Assembly: GCF_009914755.1 (NCBI RefSeq)
Contig: NC_060939.1
Origin: the human T2T-CHM13v2.0 reference genome, Homo sapiens
DNA length: 64,000 nucleotides
Strand: one strand, 5' to 3'
In this document: in pieces, positions 41,533-55,900 of the stretch
Numbering within the stretch: position 1 is the stretch's first letter
How the letters are laid out: each line of letters opens with the position of its first letter
Notes under the pieces: model-generated
The model's database searches: none
What the model was told of the DNA's origin: nothing
What the model saw: the letters and a program-made list of their open reading frames with translations, nothing else
Position numbers and translations under genes: made by a program

Positions 41533-42309
41533 GATTGTAATTATCTGTAGTTACTCTGAAACTGCTTCTGTTAGTGCTGTTGACAGAACATCCACTTAAT
41601 TGTAATGGGATTTTTTTTCTTCTTCTCTTTCATAATTTGGGTGAATTTTATCTGAGTGTGAAGAAGCTCACAACAGTAGTTTAAAAGACAAACACAATGA
41701 TGTCTAGTCCATTCCTACCAGACTGATCTCTGCCACATGAATATTCAGGGGAGCCCTGAAGAGTCCATTAAAAACAAAGTTGAACTCTACCTGTTTATAG
41801 ATTACTTCTCTTCGTAATTACACTATGTTTCAGCAACTAATGGGAATGAAACTTCTTAACAAAAACAACTGCCTTTCCATAACATGAATTAAAGGAGAAA
41901 TTAAGATCAATTCTGTTTCAAATAACTGTCTCAAAAGGAAAAAAATCTCTTCATTTATCAAAAGCATCCAGATCTACTTCCCCCTATTAATCCAGGTATA
42001 TAGAAGCTCCTAACACTTGTAACCAATCTCTGTCTGCTCTAATGGATATTTGGAACCTTTATTGATTTGGGTAAATTTGCTTCTTCTAAGGTCAATAATG
42101 ATAAATGAGTCATGTTCTGCATGAAGTGACTTGGTACTTTGAATTAAATGATTGTAATTATCTGTAGTTATTCTGTAACTGCTACTGTTACTGCTGTTGA
42201 CAGAACATCCATGTAATAGTGATGAGAATTTTTTTTCTTTGCTTTAATAGTTTGGGTGAATTTTATCTGCATGTGAAAAGGCTAATGTTAGTGGCTTAAA
42301 AGGCAGACA
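41533..42309 (+). repeat. Dispersed direct repeat of about 160 bp (41533-41694 and 42150-42309)
   Basis: Both copies start gattgtaattatctgtagtta; 4 mismatches in the first 62 nt; offset 617 bp. Confidence 0.92.
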
Positions 42310-45300
42310 GGGCAGTGTCAGGCACCTTCCCTTATGCTTCTGTCGTCATGGGCTGCATTCCCACTGAGCTTGCTCTGGGTTGGCGTTGATCACACCTGAT
42401 GGGCATTAGGAGGAAGGGGAAGCCTCGTGCTGCCACTCAATGCCGTTTTAGTGGAAGTAAGTCAGGCTCAGAACCCAGAGATGAAACGTTAATCACCCAC
42501 TGTGTTTCCTAGACCACCCTAATAGGGTATCTGTTTGGAAGTCATCCTCAACCCTGTGGTGTTCTCATTGTCTCACTGGTGATGAGAAAATCCTGGCTGC
42601 CCACAAGCCCTTGCTGTGCTTCCATCTGCAGCTGCATTTTGAAGTCAGCCCTCTATGTACAAAGCCCTGTGTTCTGTCTCCATGATGCAGGGCTCCCAAA
42701 ATCATGGCAGGTGCAAATGAGATTGTATTTTCAACTAGCCTCTGGCACAGATGGATGGAGTTGCCCATCAGAGCTTCAGCCTCCAGGTGAGGACAGTCTC
42801 AAGGCAATTTAGCACGAACTTAAAAGGTGGGGGGAAGAGCTACTTCGTTTTCTCCAGCTACATGCTTTTTCTCAGAAACCTAGAGCTGAGAGATTTTCAT
42901 TTTAAGGCAGATCTTTTAAAAATGTTTTAAGAGAAAGGCAGGAAGTTGGACATAATATATCTTTCTGAATCTCAGATTTCATTCCAGAAAAATGAAGCTG
43001 AAAGAAATTCCTTTTTAAGATCTCTGGTTGCTCTAAGTGGGACGATAGGACTTTTATAGAGAGGACAAAGAAATTACCTTTGAATGCATATGTGTATTAG
43101 GAATAGTTTTTATTACAGACCCTCCCCACCGGCATCCAGTAATTTATTGAGAATTAGTTGTTTTTGTGCTGCAAAACTAGACAGAGATGGAGTCAAACCT
43201 TGCTGGGATGAGAAAGCAATTTTCTAGATGTGAAAAAGGAGAGAGGAAAAACGAACTCACTAGGTCAGGTCCCTCCCATACCACTAGACGTGGCTCAAGA
43301 AATGAGTTATAAATAGCAACTTAGGGCAGACTACTAAGTAGCAGAGTAGGACAAGACCTATGCTTCCAGAAAACAGAAGGGCCAAAGGATAGCAGTTTTC
43401 TAAATGGTGGAGTGGAAGAGGAAGAGTTGGCAAGTAGGAGGAAGGGAAAGAGATGAAAGGAGAAGCAGCTTAGAACACATAGAAGAAACCATTTAATGTT
43501 GAGAGTTTTTGCAAAAGTAGAGCTTCGTAACCTGATTCCAGCTGTACCACTAGATGTGAGTAGAGCAGGAACTGGATGCCACCTTCCAACGACGATACTC
43601 TCATACTGCTGTGCTGACTGTGGAGCTTGCCCCTGTTCAGGAGGAGCAGCTGTAGGGGGACAGTAGAACATTTTGGGCTGGGTACCTCACTTCCTCAATG
43701 GCATTTCAAAATGAAAAAGCAAACTATGAGGTAACATCAATAGGTTTGAGCTCAGAACCTCTCATTCTTGCCAATTTTCTCTCTTCTCCCACCTCTCCTA
43801 ACCTCTTAAGCATAGGGATTCCCAGCTGAGATCCATTCCCTTGCTTTTCTCTCTGTTTGGGGAGTGATTCTTAAGCCACTTCTTACGTTTCTCATTTTCT
43901 GCATCAGCCTAAAACCTCAAATTGGGGATTTTTATCTCCCTGAGACTAGGATAGTAGGCCTTCTCCCTCACCACCCCCCAGCTAATAAAAAAGAAAACTC
44001 TCTGAAGTCACCTGCAAGTGCCTCTGGCTCCCTCAGATGAGTAAGGCATTTGTGGCCACCTCCCTTGGTCTCACTCCTGCAGGTCATAAGGCAGAAGCCA
44101 GAGAGCAGCTGCTCTGGGTCACAGTAGAGAAGCAGCAGGCTCGTAAGGCAGCAAAATGAGAAAAGCCACTGAGAAAAAGGATAGCACACCACGACAGGGC
44201 CATGGCGCCCTTCTCCATCTTTCACTGAGTAAACTGCTGAAATGCCAACACAGCTGTAAAGCCAGCAAAAATAGATGAACTTTTGTAGCAGGTGTTAGCA
44301 CTTGTAGCTATCTAATTTCAGCTTTAACTTCCCAGTCCCCAGAGAATGTAGTTTCGGAGACTGGGGAAAGTGAGAGCATTCGTGTTTGAAGTCTGGAATC
44401 GGAGGTGTCAGCTAAAGGCCAAAACCTTTGGCTCTATTAACTCCTTTCTGAATCAAGAGAACATCAAGAAGAGACTGTATCTAGCATATTTTACAGATAA
44501 ACCAAGTGGAGGGTCTGGGTCAAATAGTGAACCTGTTTAAGAAAGAAGAGAATTAGCACCAATAGACTGTTCTTTTTCTTTCTGCACATGAACTGTATCA
44601 ACTATAGTCTCGTTCCAAAATCTGTGTAACAATGTGCACAGCTGTGTATAGGGCATTATTTGTCTGTGAACAGAATATCGCTAGATGCAGCGTCCTTCGG
44701 ATGAATTGAAATCTGTTAGGGAAAGCAGCAAACATACACTTGTGTTCCAGCTCAGCCCTTATTATAATTTATCTATGAGTGCTGTGCCTCACTGAAGAGT
44801 ATAAAATTTCCTGTAGAGAAACAGAATAGTGGATTGGGTTTGAGGGAAGCCAGTTCACTCGCTTATCAGGGAGATTGCTCTTCATTAGCTTTCGTTGGAA
44901 CAAAGTACTACTGCTGAGGCATCATCTGTGTGCTGGATGTCCTGCAAAGATTCCAGCTTGAGGAGTGCAGGAGGAACCAGTCTGCTGTGGCCTTGGTAGA
45001 CATCAAGCTTAATGTCAAACAAGGAGGTGATGCTGAACAGAAAACAGCAACTGCTCAATGTTATTATCTCCCTGCCTTATTATTTAGAGACACTTAGTAG
45101 ACAATTGGGACTTGCTGGCTTCTTGGTTTTAACTTTTCTTCCCAATAACTCATGGGGGTCTCTTCTGCCCCTTCCTTTTCCTTTACCTCCCTCCCCGACC
45201 CAGTTCTTTAATCCTAACATAGGAAAAAAAAATAGTAATTTTTACAGTTCTCCTAAAGAGAAGGAACAGAAAATGAGATCGGATATTTGCAAATGGTAAC

Positions 45301-47949
45301 TGGGAAAAGTACATGTTGCTGAGTAGACCCACAGAAAAATAAAGCATGTTTTCTGCTATCAACCCACAGTAGACAGCCACACATACTCCCAAGAAATGCT
45401 TAATTGAGCCTAGTTGGTCCTCTCCACCCAACAGTAGTTCTGTAGTAAAATAATGTGTAATAACGAGACTTCCTTCTTGAAAAGGACGTATCTTCAGGTT
45501 AGGGACAGGGGTGTAAGGAGGGCAGAGCTCGGGACTCCTGTTGCAAATGTATATCCTAACTGAGCCAAGCTGAGAAGAGCCTGGGAGACGGGGGAAGGAC
45601 ATTTCACAGCCAGTGTGGTAGTCAAACTATAAGAAGCCAGCTGCCCTTTATTACTGTCAGTAAACAACAAAGGAGAGAATAAAAAGCTAGGCAAAGTGGA
45701 GAAGCAACAACTGTATAAACAGTGGGGGCCCTGAAACATCTCATGGAAATACTTAAAATGTCTTTTGTATTTCTGTGTGGTGGTTTGTAACTTTTCATTA
45801 AAAAATTCCATGAGAACAGTGCACAGGTATCTTATGAGCTGTGAAGCAGCCTTTCCTATCACCCAAAGACAGAGGCTACTCTGGAACAGCTTTCTTTTTG
45901 ATGAAGTCGTTAGAAAGCTCTAGTTATACCAATCAAGCCAAAGAAAATGGATCCATCTCTACAGCAAATACTAAAGAGAACTAAATTTGGAAAACATGGG
46001 ATCCTACATTTCTTATCTGCCACAAACTGCAGTTTCCCTTTAAGGAACTGGGGCATGAGCCACAATTTATCATTGGTACAATTATCATTCATATTCCTCA
46101 GAAATCATACATGCCTGGTTGGCTTAGAAAGAAGTACTAGGATCTACAGTGTCCTTCTCTCCTTTCCTGAGCACTGATAAGGAAGAAGACTGTTAAGAAA
46201 AGTTATCCTCAGCAAATTATCAATTGCTGAATCATAAAATTAGAGAAATTGGATGCAGCTTTGGCTCTAGGTCTGTTTCTTCTTTCCCACACCAAAATGG
46301 AATCTTGAGTGAAAAATTGCAGCATCTCTACTTTGTAATGAAATGTGCAGAAGAAATGAAAAAATGCATTACTTTACCCCATGTGTAGGTACTACATCAT
46401 TACACCACTGAGAATGTTTCACTAATGATACAGAACATATGGGGGCTGTTACATAATGAACTACAATGAGGTACATTAAAAATATAGATGAGTTTAATTT
46501 TATATATTTATTTAATAAAAAAACTTTTATAAGGCAGTTTCATAATACTTCTACAGATGGTAATTATTCCCATTGGTGGAGTCCAGGCTGTGTGTTATTA
46601 CGAAGTTTGCCCCATCATAACTAGGAAGGGATCTGATTAGCCAAAATGAAGGATATCCTAAGTTCCAAACTCGTTGTGATAATTTGGGCTGTGGACTTAT
46701 TTTCTTCATGTCTTCTGTGTGTTTGCTGCAAAGCTGTGAAAGAAGATTCTTTCATTCAATGTAATATGTTTGCATTAGTGATAACCACTTCCATTTCTTC
46801 CAGAGGTTGTTGCTCTCTCCTTTCCTTCCCTCCTACAAAAAAGAAACATGGGACATTTTTTAAAAAGTTACCATCCTAGTGCCACAGAGATATGAAAATA
46901 CAATTTGACAGAGAATCTGAATACTTTCTAATACAGCACATAATTGGATTTTACAGTCTTCAAGAAGAGCTAATTTGGCTTATAGTTAGTATTTTATGAT
47001 CAATGTATTGAATTTAGATGAGTTTTCCACTGGATCTATATCAAAATTGTTTGTTCAGTATAACCTCAGTTTTTAGTATTTTCAGAGAGTAAAACTTTAA
47101 GATTTCAAAGAGGAAGAAAAAGCTTATTTTGCCCAATTCTGATTTTTGTAGACTGGTGTCCACATCCAGCAACAGGCTGCAACAATTTAGAAACTCCCAT
47201 TGTAGCTTAAAACTCAGAGTAAAATCCGATCTTCTGTTAGCATAATTTTATATAACCCTTGTTACATCTCAATTTAAGGAAATAATTAGAGCAAATTGAT
47301 CACAGGAAAGTTTAACTAGCCAGTGGTAGTTTTGAATTAAAGTTCATTTTCTGTGAAAATTAGAAAAGGCTGAGAATTTGGTTCTTCATTACGTGATAAT
47401 TTAGCGTCATACGTCAATAGCATCCTGGGAAAGTGACGGTATGGCAGTGGTCTAGAGGGTGGTGTGCTCAGTGACCTGGAACCAGAGATGGTGCCATGAA
47501 AGCTTAATACTCAGGGGCAGATGATAGCACATGGAGACCCAACTATTTCCAGTGCGTTAAATTCCAGGTTATAACTTCCTAATCTTGATTTTGCACTTGT
47601 GATTTTCACTTGAGGAGTTCATTAAACAGCTATTGTTTAAAAAAAAAATATTACATACTGTATTTGCTGGAAGCCTTAAGATATTGTAACTTGAAGATTC
47701 TATCTTATACATACGTGAGGCAGTGACTTTTCTGGTTTTAAATATTTTCACTGTTGTGCTATAATTTATAATTTTTGTCACAATCATATTAAAGAGCGTT
47801 CCACAAATACAATGTGCACAGCATGTGGCTTAATATTTACTTTGTATACATATAGAGGATTTGGCAAATCTTTTACTGATAATTAATGCCTTTAATTAAA
47901 ATTTATTTAGTCATGGTGACTTAATTCGGATTAAAGTCAGTAATTAAGC

Positions 47950-48190
47950 TCTACCTTTAAAGCCTGGCTCAAATCTCCACTCTTTCAAAAAGTCTCCATG
48001 AACCCTCATCCAGTTAGTTTCCCCCATTCTCTTGCAATGCCCTTTCTAGTCAGCCTTCAATGAAGGTTATTTATGCATACTTCTCACCCTACTGTAAGTC
48101 AAAGATTCCTGTCATACATCTTTGCACTTGCCACAGCACTTGGCACAGGGTTTTGCCTATAATAGGTGTTCAATAAGTATTTATTTTACT
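47950..48190 (+). mobile_element. L2 3' end
   Basis: cctttaaagcctggctcaaatctccac...gcacttggcacagg...aataggtgttcaataagtattt. Confidence 0.7.
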
Positions 48191-50844
48191 GATCATTAAT
48201 GTGAGGAGGTATGTACTATTCAGAACATGTGGGTTTGAAACACATCTATGTGCAGTGAAAACGTGAATTTCTTCTTTCAGTGAGCAGCTCAGCGTCCACA
48301 TGATCACCGCCACCCATCTCCTCTGACATATCTATCCATCTCAATTCAGACCAATGAATCCAGTGTGGAAAGCAGGAATCACACCAGCCAAAATCATGTT
48401 ACGTCAGTATTTTGTATCATAAGTAGAAAGCCTTCAAACACTGAATTTAGCAGATTATACAGATCAACCATGAAATTGAATTTGACTTCTGCTGAATACA
48501 ATGAGTCATATCAGAACCTTCTGCACAGGGGAGTTCAAATAAACCCAGTAAAAAATTTCCACAGAAGTAATTGGAAGCATTTGTACATGTATTACTCTCA
48601 AATTAATAATATGAATCTTTTGATTGCAATTTTACCAGGTATTTTTCTATATGTCTCTCCATTGGTTCCCATCAAAACACATACATTTTGTGTTATCTAA
48701 GGACCAATATCTAATTTTGGAGAACAGTTAATATAAATTTCATATTGATATGTAACTAATAAAAATGTCTATAATATTTACAATAATAAAGGCTGTGTTA
48801 TAACTGATCACGCTTTTATCCAACATGAGACAATGAAGGTAGAGAGAACTGGCCAAGGCTCACATAGCAGAGCAGAGGGCATATAGGGTTAGATACCTGT
48901 CCTTTTCTTCTCTTGTTAGCATGTTGAGCTATACCATCTGTATTGTGAGTCTACTACCTAAAACTGGTTTACCTATTCTAATGTCTGAAGCAGGACCCTG
49001 AATATCCCTCACATAAATTTTGCTTCTGAAATCTTTTTAGACTTATATTTAAGCATGGTGTCTGATATCATGGGAATTTGAAGTATTCCAAATAAAACAA
49101 CACACATTGAGAAAATATGACTTAAGTGGCCTTATCAATTTTTTTACCATTTAGTAAGGAGAATTTATGGTCTAAATAACCCTTTCAACTTACCTAAATT
49201 GAGAATTTTGACTAAAATATCATTGAATTGTACTCTAAATGGATGAATTTTATGGTATTTAAATTACATCTCAATAAGTGGTTTTTTAAAAAAGTACATT
49301 TCCTGAATAACGGCCGGCTACCTAAGTAACTATGAATGGTTTGGAAATTCACCCAGATTTAACTATTCAGAGTAAGTGTCATTTTAGACCAAAGATTGAG
49401 AGCTAGAATCTATAACTTTTCTAATCACAAAAACTAGAGTCCCAGATAGGCTGAATGATTTGGCCATTATTTCATAGTAAGTTAAAGGCAAAGACAGGTT
49501 TTGAAGTCCATTCTCCTAAGTACCTGAAAGCAAAACTGGCTACTTGAAGTTCTCTTGAGTTAATTGCATTGCACCCTGTCTCTTAGGGTCTATACTTTTT
49601 CTAAGATTTGTGATATCTCAGGTAATACGTAGTGTTATGCTTAAAAGAGTCAGATCACTTGGTACTAGCCCCAGAACTTAAAAGTATCTAAATGAAAGAA
49701 AGTTGGATTTAAATAAACATATTTGGGGAAAGGAAAAATGCTTCTTTCTCATTTTCTTGGTTCTTAATTAACCTTATCATACATATCTTTCATTTTAAGG
49801 TATTTAAAATTATTTCTGGAAAGGAGTATGAGCAAATGTGAAATTTCAAACATAAAAAATAGGAGTCATAACTTTGTTACATTGTCTACCCTGTTGATTG
49901 TCTCTGAAAACAAAAGCTCTGTATCTTTAATACTATTAAGTCTGCCTGTGAGCTATAAGCAAGCCATTTCTTAATTAAAACTTTTTGAATTTTTATCTAT
50001 AAACCAAAACAGACCACTATACTTGCAGCAAATATCCATTTCATTGTACCACATTGTGGTTGAATTCACCATGGGGGAAAAAAAAAAAAAACCTTTATTT
50101 TTAGCTTTTGTTCTAATTTCACTTTAAGAAATATGTGCTTCATATTTGCAGCCAAATGAATTTCATATTTGTAACAATAAGAAAGATGTGTTTTATTATT
50201 TGAAACAATAACCCCTGTTTTTCTGAGATGTATAAAAGAAAACTGATATTAATGGGGAGATATCATGTTCCAATATGGAGAAAAAATTTTTCAAAAACTA
50301 GCTTCTTCCTAATTTCTAGGTTTAATTTAGTTTTATTCCAAATTAACAGACTTTTTTTCTTAAATTTTACAACTGTTTTAAAATTGATCTTAAAAAAAGG
50401 ATAAGACCAGATAAGAAAATAAAAGGGAGGGGAGCAGAAACTGAAGACAAATTGATGTAGAATTTTAAACATAGTAAAAGCTATAATAATAAAATCTATG
50501 GTACTGACATATGGATCAATGAAAATGGAAGCTAGGGGAAAAAAGACTCTAACATATATGTACTAGAATTTAAATGAAATGGAAAGATTTTTAAAAGCTA
50601 CATCCTCTGGAGTTTGCTATGGGTAGCGAAGATATATTATTATATCTCTTTCAGACCTTGCCAAACATCTAATCCCTTCCTGCTTATAGAGGCTGTTTTG
50701 ATGGGGGAGAGGGCTGAATTAATTCAACCAAGGGACTTAATCCACCAAATTTGAAACATTATACAGGAAAAAATGTGATGCCAAAGTTGTCTGTTCTTTG
50801 TAAAGTTAGACTTAGAGGGCTAGACTGCCCTTTTAGCCATGAAT

Positions 50845-51330
50845 GCTATCTTAGAAAGCAGGCCCTGAGATAAATATTTTTCCACAAGCAGTTGATTGGT
50901 GATCCCGGGAAATATTGGCAGGGGAGCAGAGAAGTAAGACAGGGAGGGAAGGCGGCCCAGATAGTTTTTAGCAAGCACCTTACCACTGTAGGCAAGTGGA
51001 GCCTGATCTTGCTGGGGAAATGTGAGCACTGGTGTAAAACACACACTTAGACTCATCCACTCTAACCGAAGATGAGACCACTCGCGTATTTACACAGCAC
51101 ATTCTCTCAGTTACTGGTCTAGGGGTGCTGGATTGCGGAGAAGGATAGGTGTTACTCTCTAAGCACTTCAAACCTGCTGCTCCTGTAGATAAAACAAAAT
51201 TTGGTGGCCAGATAAAGCCTCAGGTAAGTAAATGGAGGTGCTGTTAGTTGGAAGTCAGACCGGCAAGCTCTGAAGTGCTAAGGGCCAGGGGAAAGAGATG
51301 AAGAAAAAACTAGCGCTATCTGACACAAAG
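50845..51330 (-). mobile_element. ERVL solo LTR (LTR16/LTR33-like)
   Basis: agaaagcaggccctgagataa...ggtgatcccgggaa...agggagggaaggc...accactgtaggcaagtggagc. Confidence 0.7.
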
Positions 51331-51929
51331 GCCAATACTCTAGGAGCTTACTTTACACAGTAAAGAAATAAGGATTTTTGGTGTTTCTGTGATAACCTGA
51401 ACTGAAAAAAGAAAGGACGGGGAAGGAAGGCTGACAATTGTTGAGCTCAGGAAAGACGTGATGGGGAAGACAAATCAGTATGAAGAAATCAGCCTAGCAT
51501 CTGGCCAATCTAAGGAGGAATCACTGTGACCATGATCTGGGGGTTGACCAGTGAAGAATCTTAGATGCAGTGATGTTTCACAATGAATCTTGGGGTGTTT
51601 CCCTGTCTGTGTTGTACTCTCCCTCAATTACCTCCAAACTTTCAGTAAAAATTTAAGTGTTAACAGCCTTGCGTTAGCAGTGCCTTGGGAAATAAAGACA
51701 AAGGGACTGTGTCCCTGCTAAGAATGAAGCTGTTCAGAGTGGTGATGTGATGGTCACAAGTGTTTGACAGTTGAGCAAGGGTTTGGCATGAGATGTAAGT
51801 ACTCTGAGGAACGTAAGTCCTACAGGTATCCCTGGAAATATTAGGGAGACTGCTAGCACTCATGTTACTTTGTACAGATTTGATTTTAAAGAATGACACC
51901 AGAAGGCTACAGGACTTGATTCTGAATTT

Positions 51930-52090
51930 TCTTAAAATTTTAATGTATTGCTTATCTGAAATTTTTGCATTAGTTTTGATTTTTCAAATATTGTATTGTA
52001 ATATTATTTATGTTGATTACTGAAGGTTTTTTTTGTGCCCCCTTTAAATTTTTCCCAGAGGGAAGTTCCTTACTCATTTGACCCAAATGC
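51930..52090 (-). mobile_element. MER96B-like hAT DNA transposon fragment
   Basis: tttttgcattagttttgattttt...aatattatttatgttgattactga...ttttgtgccccctttaaatttt. Confidence 0.65.
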
Positions 52091-52269
52091 TCATCTTCAC
52101 ATAGGGATATTTGGGCTCCACCATATAAAAAAGTATACGTTACTGGGCAAAGGAAATGGTGATGGGAATTGATTAACTATTTGGGGTGGTGGGGGGGGAA
52201 AGAGGTTCTAAGCTCATTCTTTGTAGCAAATGCATTTTTGTTTGATTAATGTGTTAAAAAATTAAAATA

Positions 52270-52715
52270 ATATTAGATTTCCAGATACAGAAGGGACTTC
52301 TAACCATAAAACAGAGGAAAAAAACTACAAAGAAAAATATGCATAAATTTGACTGCATAAAAATTAAAGCTATTCATTTCAATAAACATGAAACAGACAA
52401 GAAAATCTGCAACAAATATTTGTAAAAACTAAGTTATTAATACATTAACATTTTTGAAAAGTAATTTTTAAGTTAGAATAAAGATCCTTAAAGCTATCTG
52501 TACTTAATACAGGAATCTCATTGCTAAAAACTTATCCTTATAAAATAGAGATGTGGCCAAAGATTTGTGTGTATCTGTAGTGTTTTATAGCTTACAAGTA
52601 ATAACAAAAATTCTTGAAAGAATCTAAATGTCAAATTAGAGGAATAAAGAAATTATGACATAACCATTGGATGGAACATTATACACATATAAAAAGTATG
52701 CTTTCAAAGATGATT
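52270..52715 (+). mobile_element. Degenerate L1ME fragment
   Basis: ataaatttgactgcataaaaattaaa; aaaatctgcaacaaatat; aatctaaatgtc...gatggaacattata. Confidence 0.55.
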
Positions 52716-52865
52716 TAAACTGGCCTTGAGCAACAGCAATGGGTCTACATGACTGAAGGGACAACAGGAACATGCGTTTGAGTTGACCATGATCATTGTA
52801 ATGGAGACTACACTTGACTGAAGGACAATTTGGAAGATCCTTCTTCCAAAGTTTTTTGGATTGTG

Positions 52866-52901
52866 TAAGTTCTATGGTTCTTAAAGGAACCATAGAACTT
52901 A
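52866..52901. repeat. Perfect 15-bp inverted repeat with 6-nt loop
   Basis: taagttctatggttc-ttaaag-gaaccatagaactta. Confidence 0.93.
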
Positions 52902-55900
52902 AGATCATAAAGGAGAGGAAATAAAAAAATGACTTAAGTTGGATTTCCTAGGGGGTTGGGTCCTATGCCAAATGTGGTTTGATTTAGAAAAATAAATATA
53001 TATCATGCAGGAAATACAGTTTCACAGTGATGGGATTATGGGTGATTTTCATTTTCCTGTTTGTATTATGTTCTTCAGCATTATATTTAAGAATGTATTC
53101 CTGGAGCAAAGGATTTCTTCTCTCCAGCTTATCACTTTGGTGTATCTTCCAGATGTTTTAAAGAAACGTCTTTCAAATAAATGTGATAATTTTGAGCTGT
53201 AGGAAAAGGCCTACAGCTTGAAAGTGGAATTATTTTTCCCAGTAACTTTCATATTTTAATATAAAGCCAGGCTTAGGAAGCATATGTGGAAAAGGAATGA
53301 GATAGCAGAAGTGTAATGTATGTTTCAGCAAACAAATGTCAGAAGATGCTCTTTAAGATGAAGTTATAAGACAATTCTTTTAAAAGGTCCTGGCTGGTGA
53401 AGGATCATTTTATCAATTGCTGAGATGTTCATTGTTCACTCATTCTGTGTGAAGTCACAGGTTGTAACAATAGGAACACTAAACTGAGCATCTTGGGACT
53501 GAGTTTCCAGTGTCTCTTCTAACACTCTCCATCCAGGAGAGCTTAGCTTCCATTCATCTGCCAGAACTTCCTTGTTGTCTGCAAAAGAAAGAACTTTCTG
53601 TAAATCTTTATTGAATTTTCAGTTGCATCTCTTTGAAGTATTTGCAAATATGAATACATATTGATTTAATAAAATCTTAAGTGGAATCCATCATTAGAAT
53701 TGCCTACTTGGAGCTTACAAAATACATGCCAACCAGTGATTGCATTTTATGCAATTCCTTATATCTTTAAAGCTAGGCATAAAAGTTCATAAGAGACTCA
53801 AACCCAGAATCTGAGAAAGCAATCCTTTTAATCTGGTCAAATAACAAGGAATCTCCCATTAGAAGATACATAGAGAGATAAAAAGAAAGATATATATGAT
53901 ATACAAATATTATATATGATACATATTTAAAATTATGATATCTATGACATATACAATGCACCTTAGAACAAACTTGTCATGTAAATTTGGCAATTTTTGA
54001 TTGATGGCATTTTAAGGTACATCTTTATTTTAGGGATCCTGATGCCTCAAAAATGGACAGTGAATGTACTTTAATAATAACAATCTAAAGTACAGTACCA
54101 TCATGTTTGCTCAATGGAAATATCCAATGCTGTACCACAAATGTTAAATTGTTCTTCCTTAAAGAGAGTGACATCATGCAGGAAATTCAAATCAAGTATC
54201 AAATAATTCTTTTTTAATTACAAAGGAAGCATCCCCTCTCTGCTTTCTCCTCTGTGGTCTGCTTTTTATTTTGTCTCTCTGACTCAATGACCTCAGTGAA
54301 TCACTGGGTACAGTTTGCTATCCAACTTGAAAGATATATTGACTGGCAGGCTCATTTATTTACCCCCCCCCCCAAAAAAAAGGAAGAAAGAAATCTTTTA
54401 AAAACTCATTGAGACTCCCCATTTTGTTTGAGCGCAAAGAGGAACATCTTAGATGAAGTGTGAGCTAAGGAGAAGGGGAGTAGCCAGGATGGCATATTTT
54501 GAATATGATGCCACCTCTCAGATGGCTTTCATTTTCATGCCCGGGAGCATCTTTAAAAAAAAAAAGCTGGATATTGCATATAAAGTTTAGAGAATTGAGT
54601 ATTGTCTACTAAAGCAACAAGATTTACGAGAAACGTCTGGCTCAATTGCATTAAGAAAAAAAATGATTTCAAAAAAATCACTTCCCCGCCTTTTAAAATG
54701 AAAACCATCTGCAATGAAAAATTTAAAATGATAAATCTTCTCCTTTCACACTGCTACTGATAAATGGATAGTTTTCCTCCTCTTTTTGGAGGGAGCGGAA
54801 AAGGGATTTAGAAATATGTGATATTCATGCATGCAGACTTTTGGTTAAATATCTATATACTCTTCCTGGAATTTTGAATAAGATTCTAAGTTTGTATTAT
54901 TATAATCATCATATGATATTACGAGAGCTATTACATGGAAACTCCAGGCTGTAACTTTTTGGAGTTGAGGTTCAATAACATTTCACCTTTCTTAGCTATG
55001 AAAAAAACTTGTGTTTCAATAAATATAGTGATTTCAAATTCATGGAATATATTTAGGTCAAGATCTACTCAATGTAAAACATTTTAAATTAGCCAGTTTA
55101 TACAAGCTTATGTTTATATTTGATGTTAAATATTTAATAATGTTTTTTATAGTGCAACCTCTTAATTTTGATTAAATAATCTATGGATTCTAATATTTAT
55201 TCAGAACATAAAAGAAGAGGAATAAATCCATAATCATTGTTTTTTTTTTCTTCTCCAATTCATGTGCTCACAGACACACAAAGAAAGCGGGTAGTGATTA
55301 AAGTAATAATGCTACATGCTAGTGTCTTTTGTTTCTTCTATACTATAAAAGCCTTTAGGCAAGTGTCTAGTGTTTCATTTTACCCAGATCTTAACAAATA
55401 GTGAGATCCTAAATGGCAATGACTGAAGAATTCACATAATCATTCTCCATATTCTGTCGCCCCCAGTTTATGAATCTAGAGGGTACTAATTTACACGTGG
55501 CTTACTCTGAAGCAGGAGTGAGTAGAACTGTTCCTAATGGGGGCATCTGTTCCTTTCCTGAAAAACAGGGTCACCCAGGCTCCTTTGGAAACATGCGAGT
55601 TTAATTGGAAATTCTGGTGCCTACTTTACTAGTCATAAACTAAGTAATTGTTTCCTAATGCAAGCTGGCAGTGCCATTGAGGGCAGATTATACAGACCTG
55701 CCATCCTGAGGTGTTCTAAACAAGTGACAAATCATTAACAGCAAGTCTCTGGATCTCTGTGAGTGAGCTCTGTGGCTGCTACTGGAGGGAAACAAGACCA
55801 GAGAGGAGCGAGGGAGATCTGAGCAGGCAGAAGCTGCTGCATTAATGACTGGCATTGTCAGCACTGTGCGCTGGGGATGACTGCAGCATCTTCACTTTCA

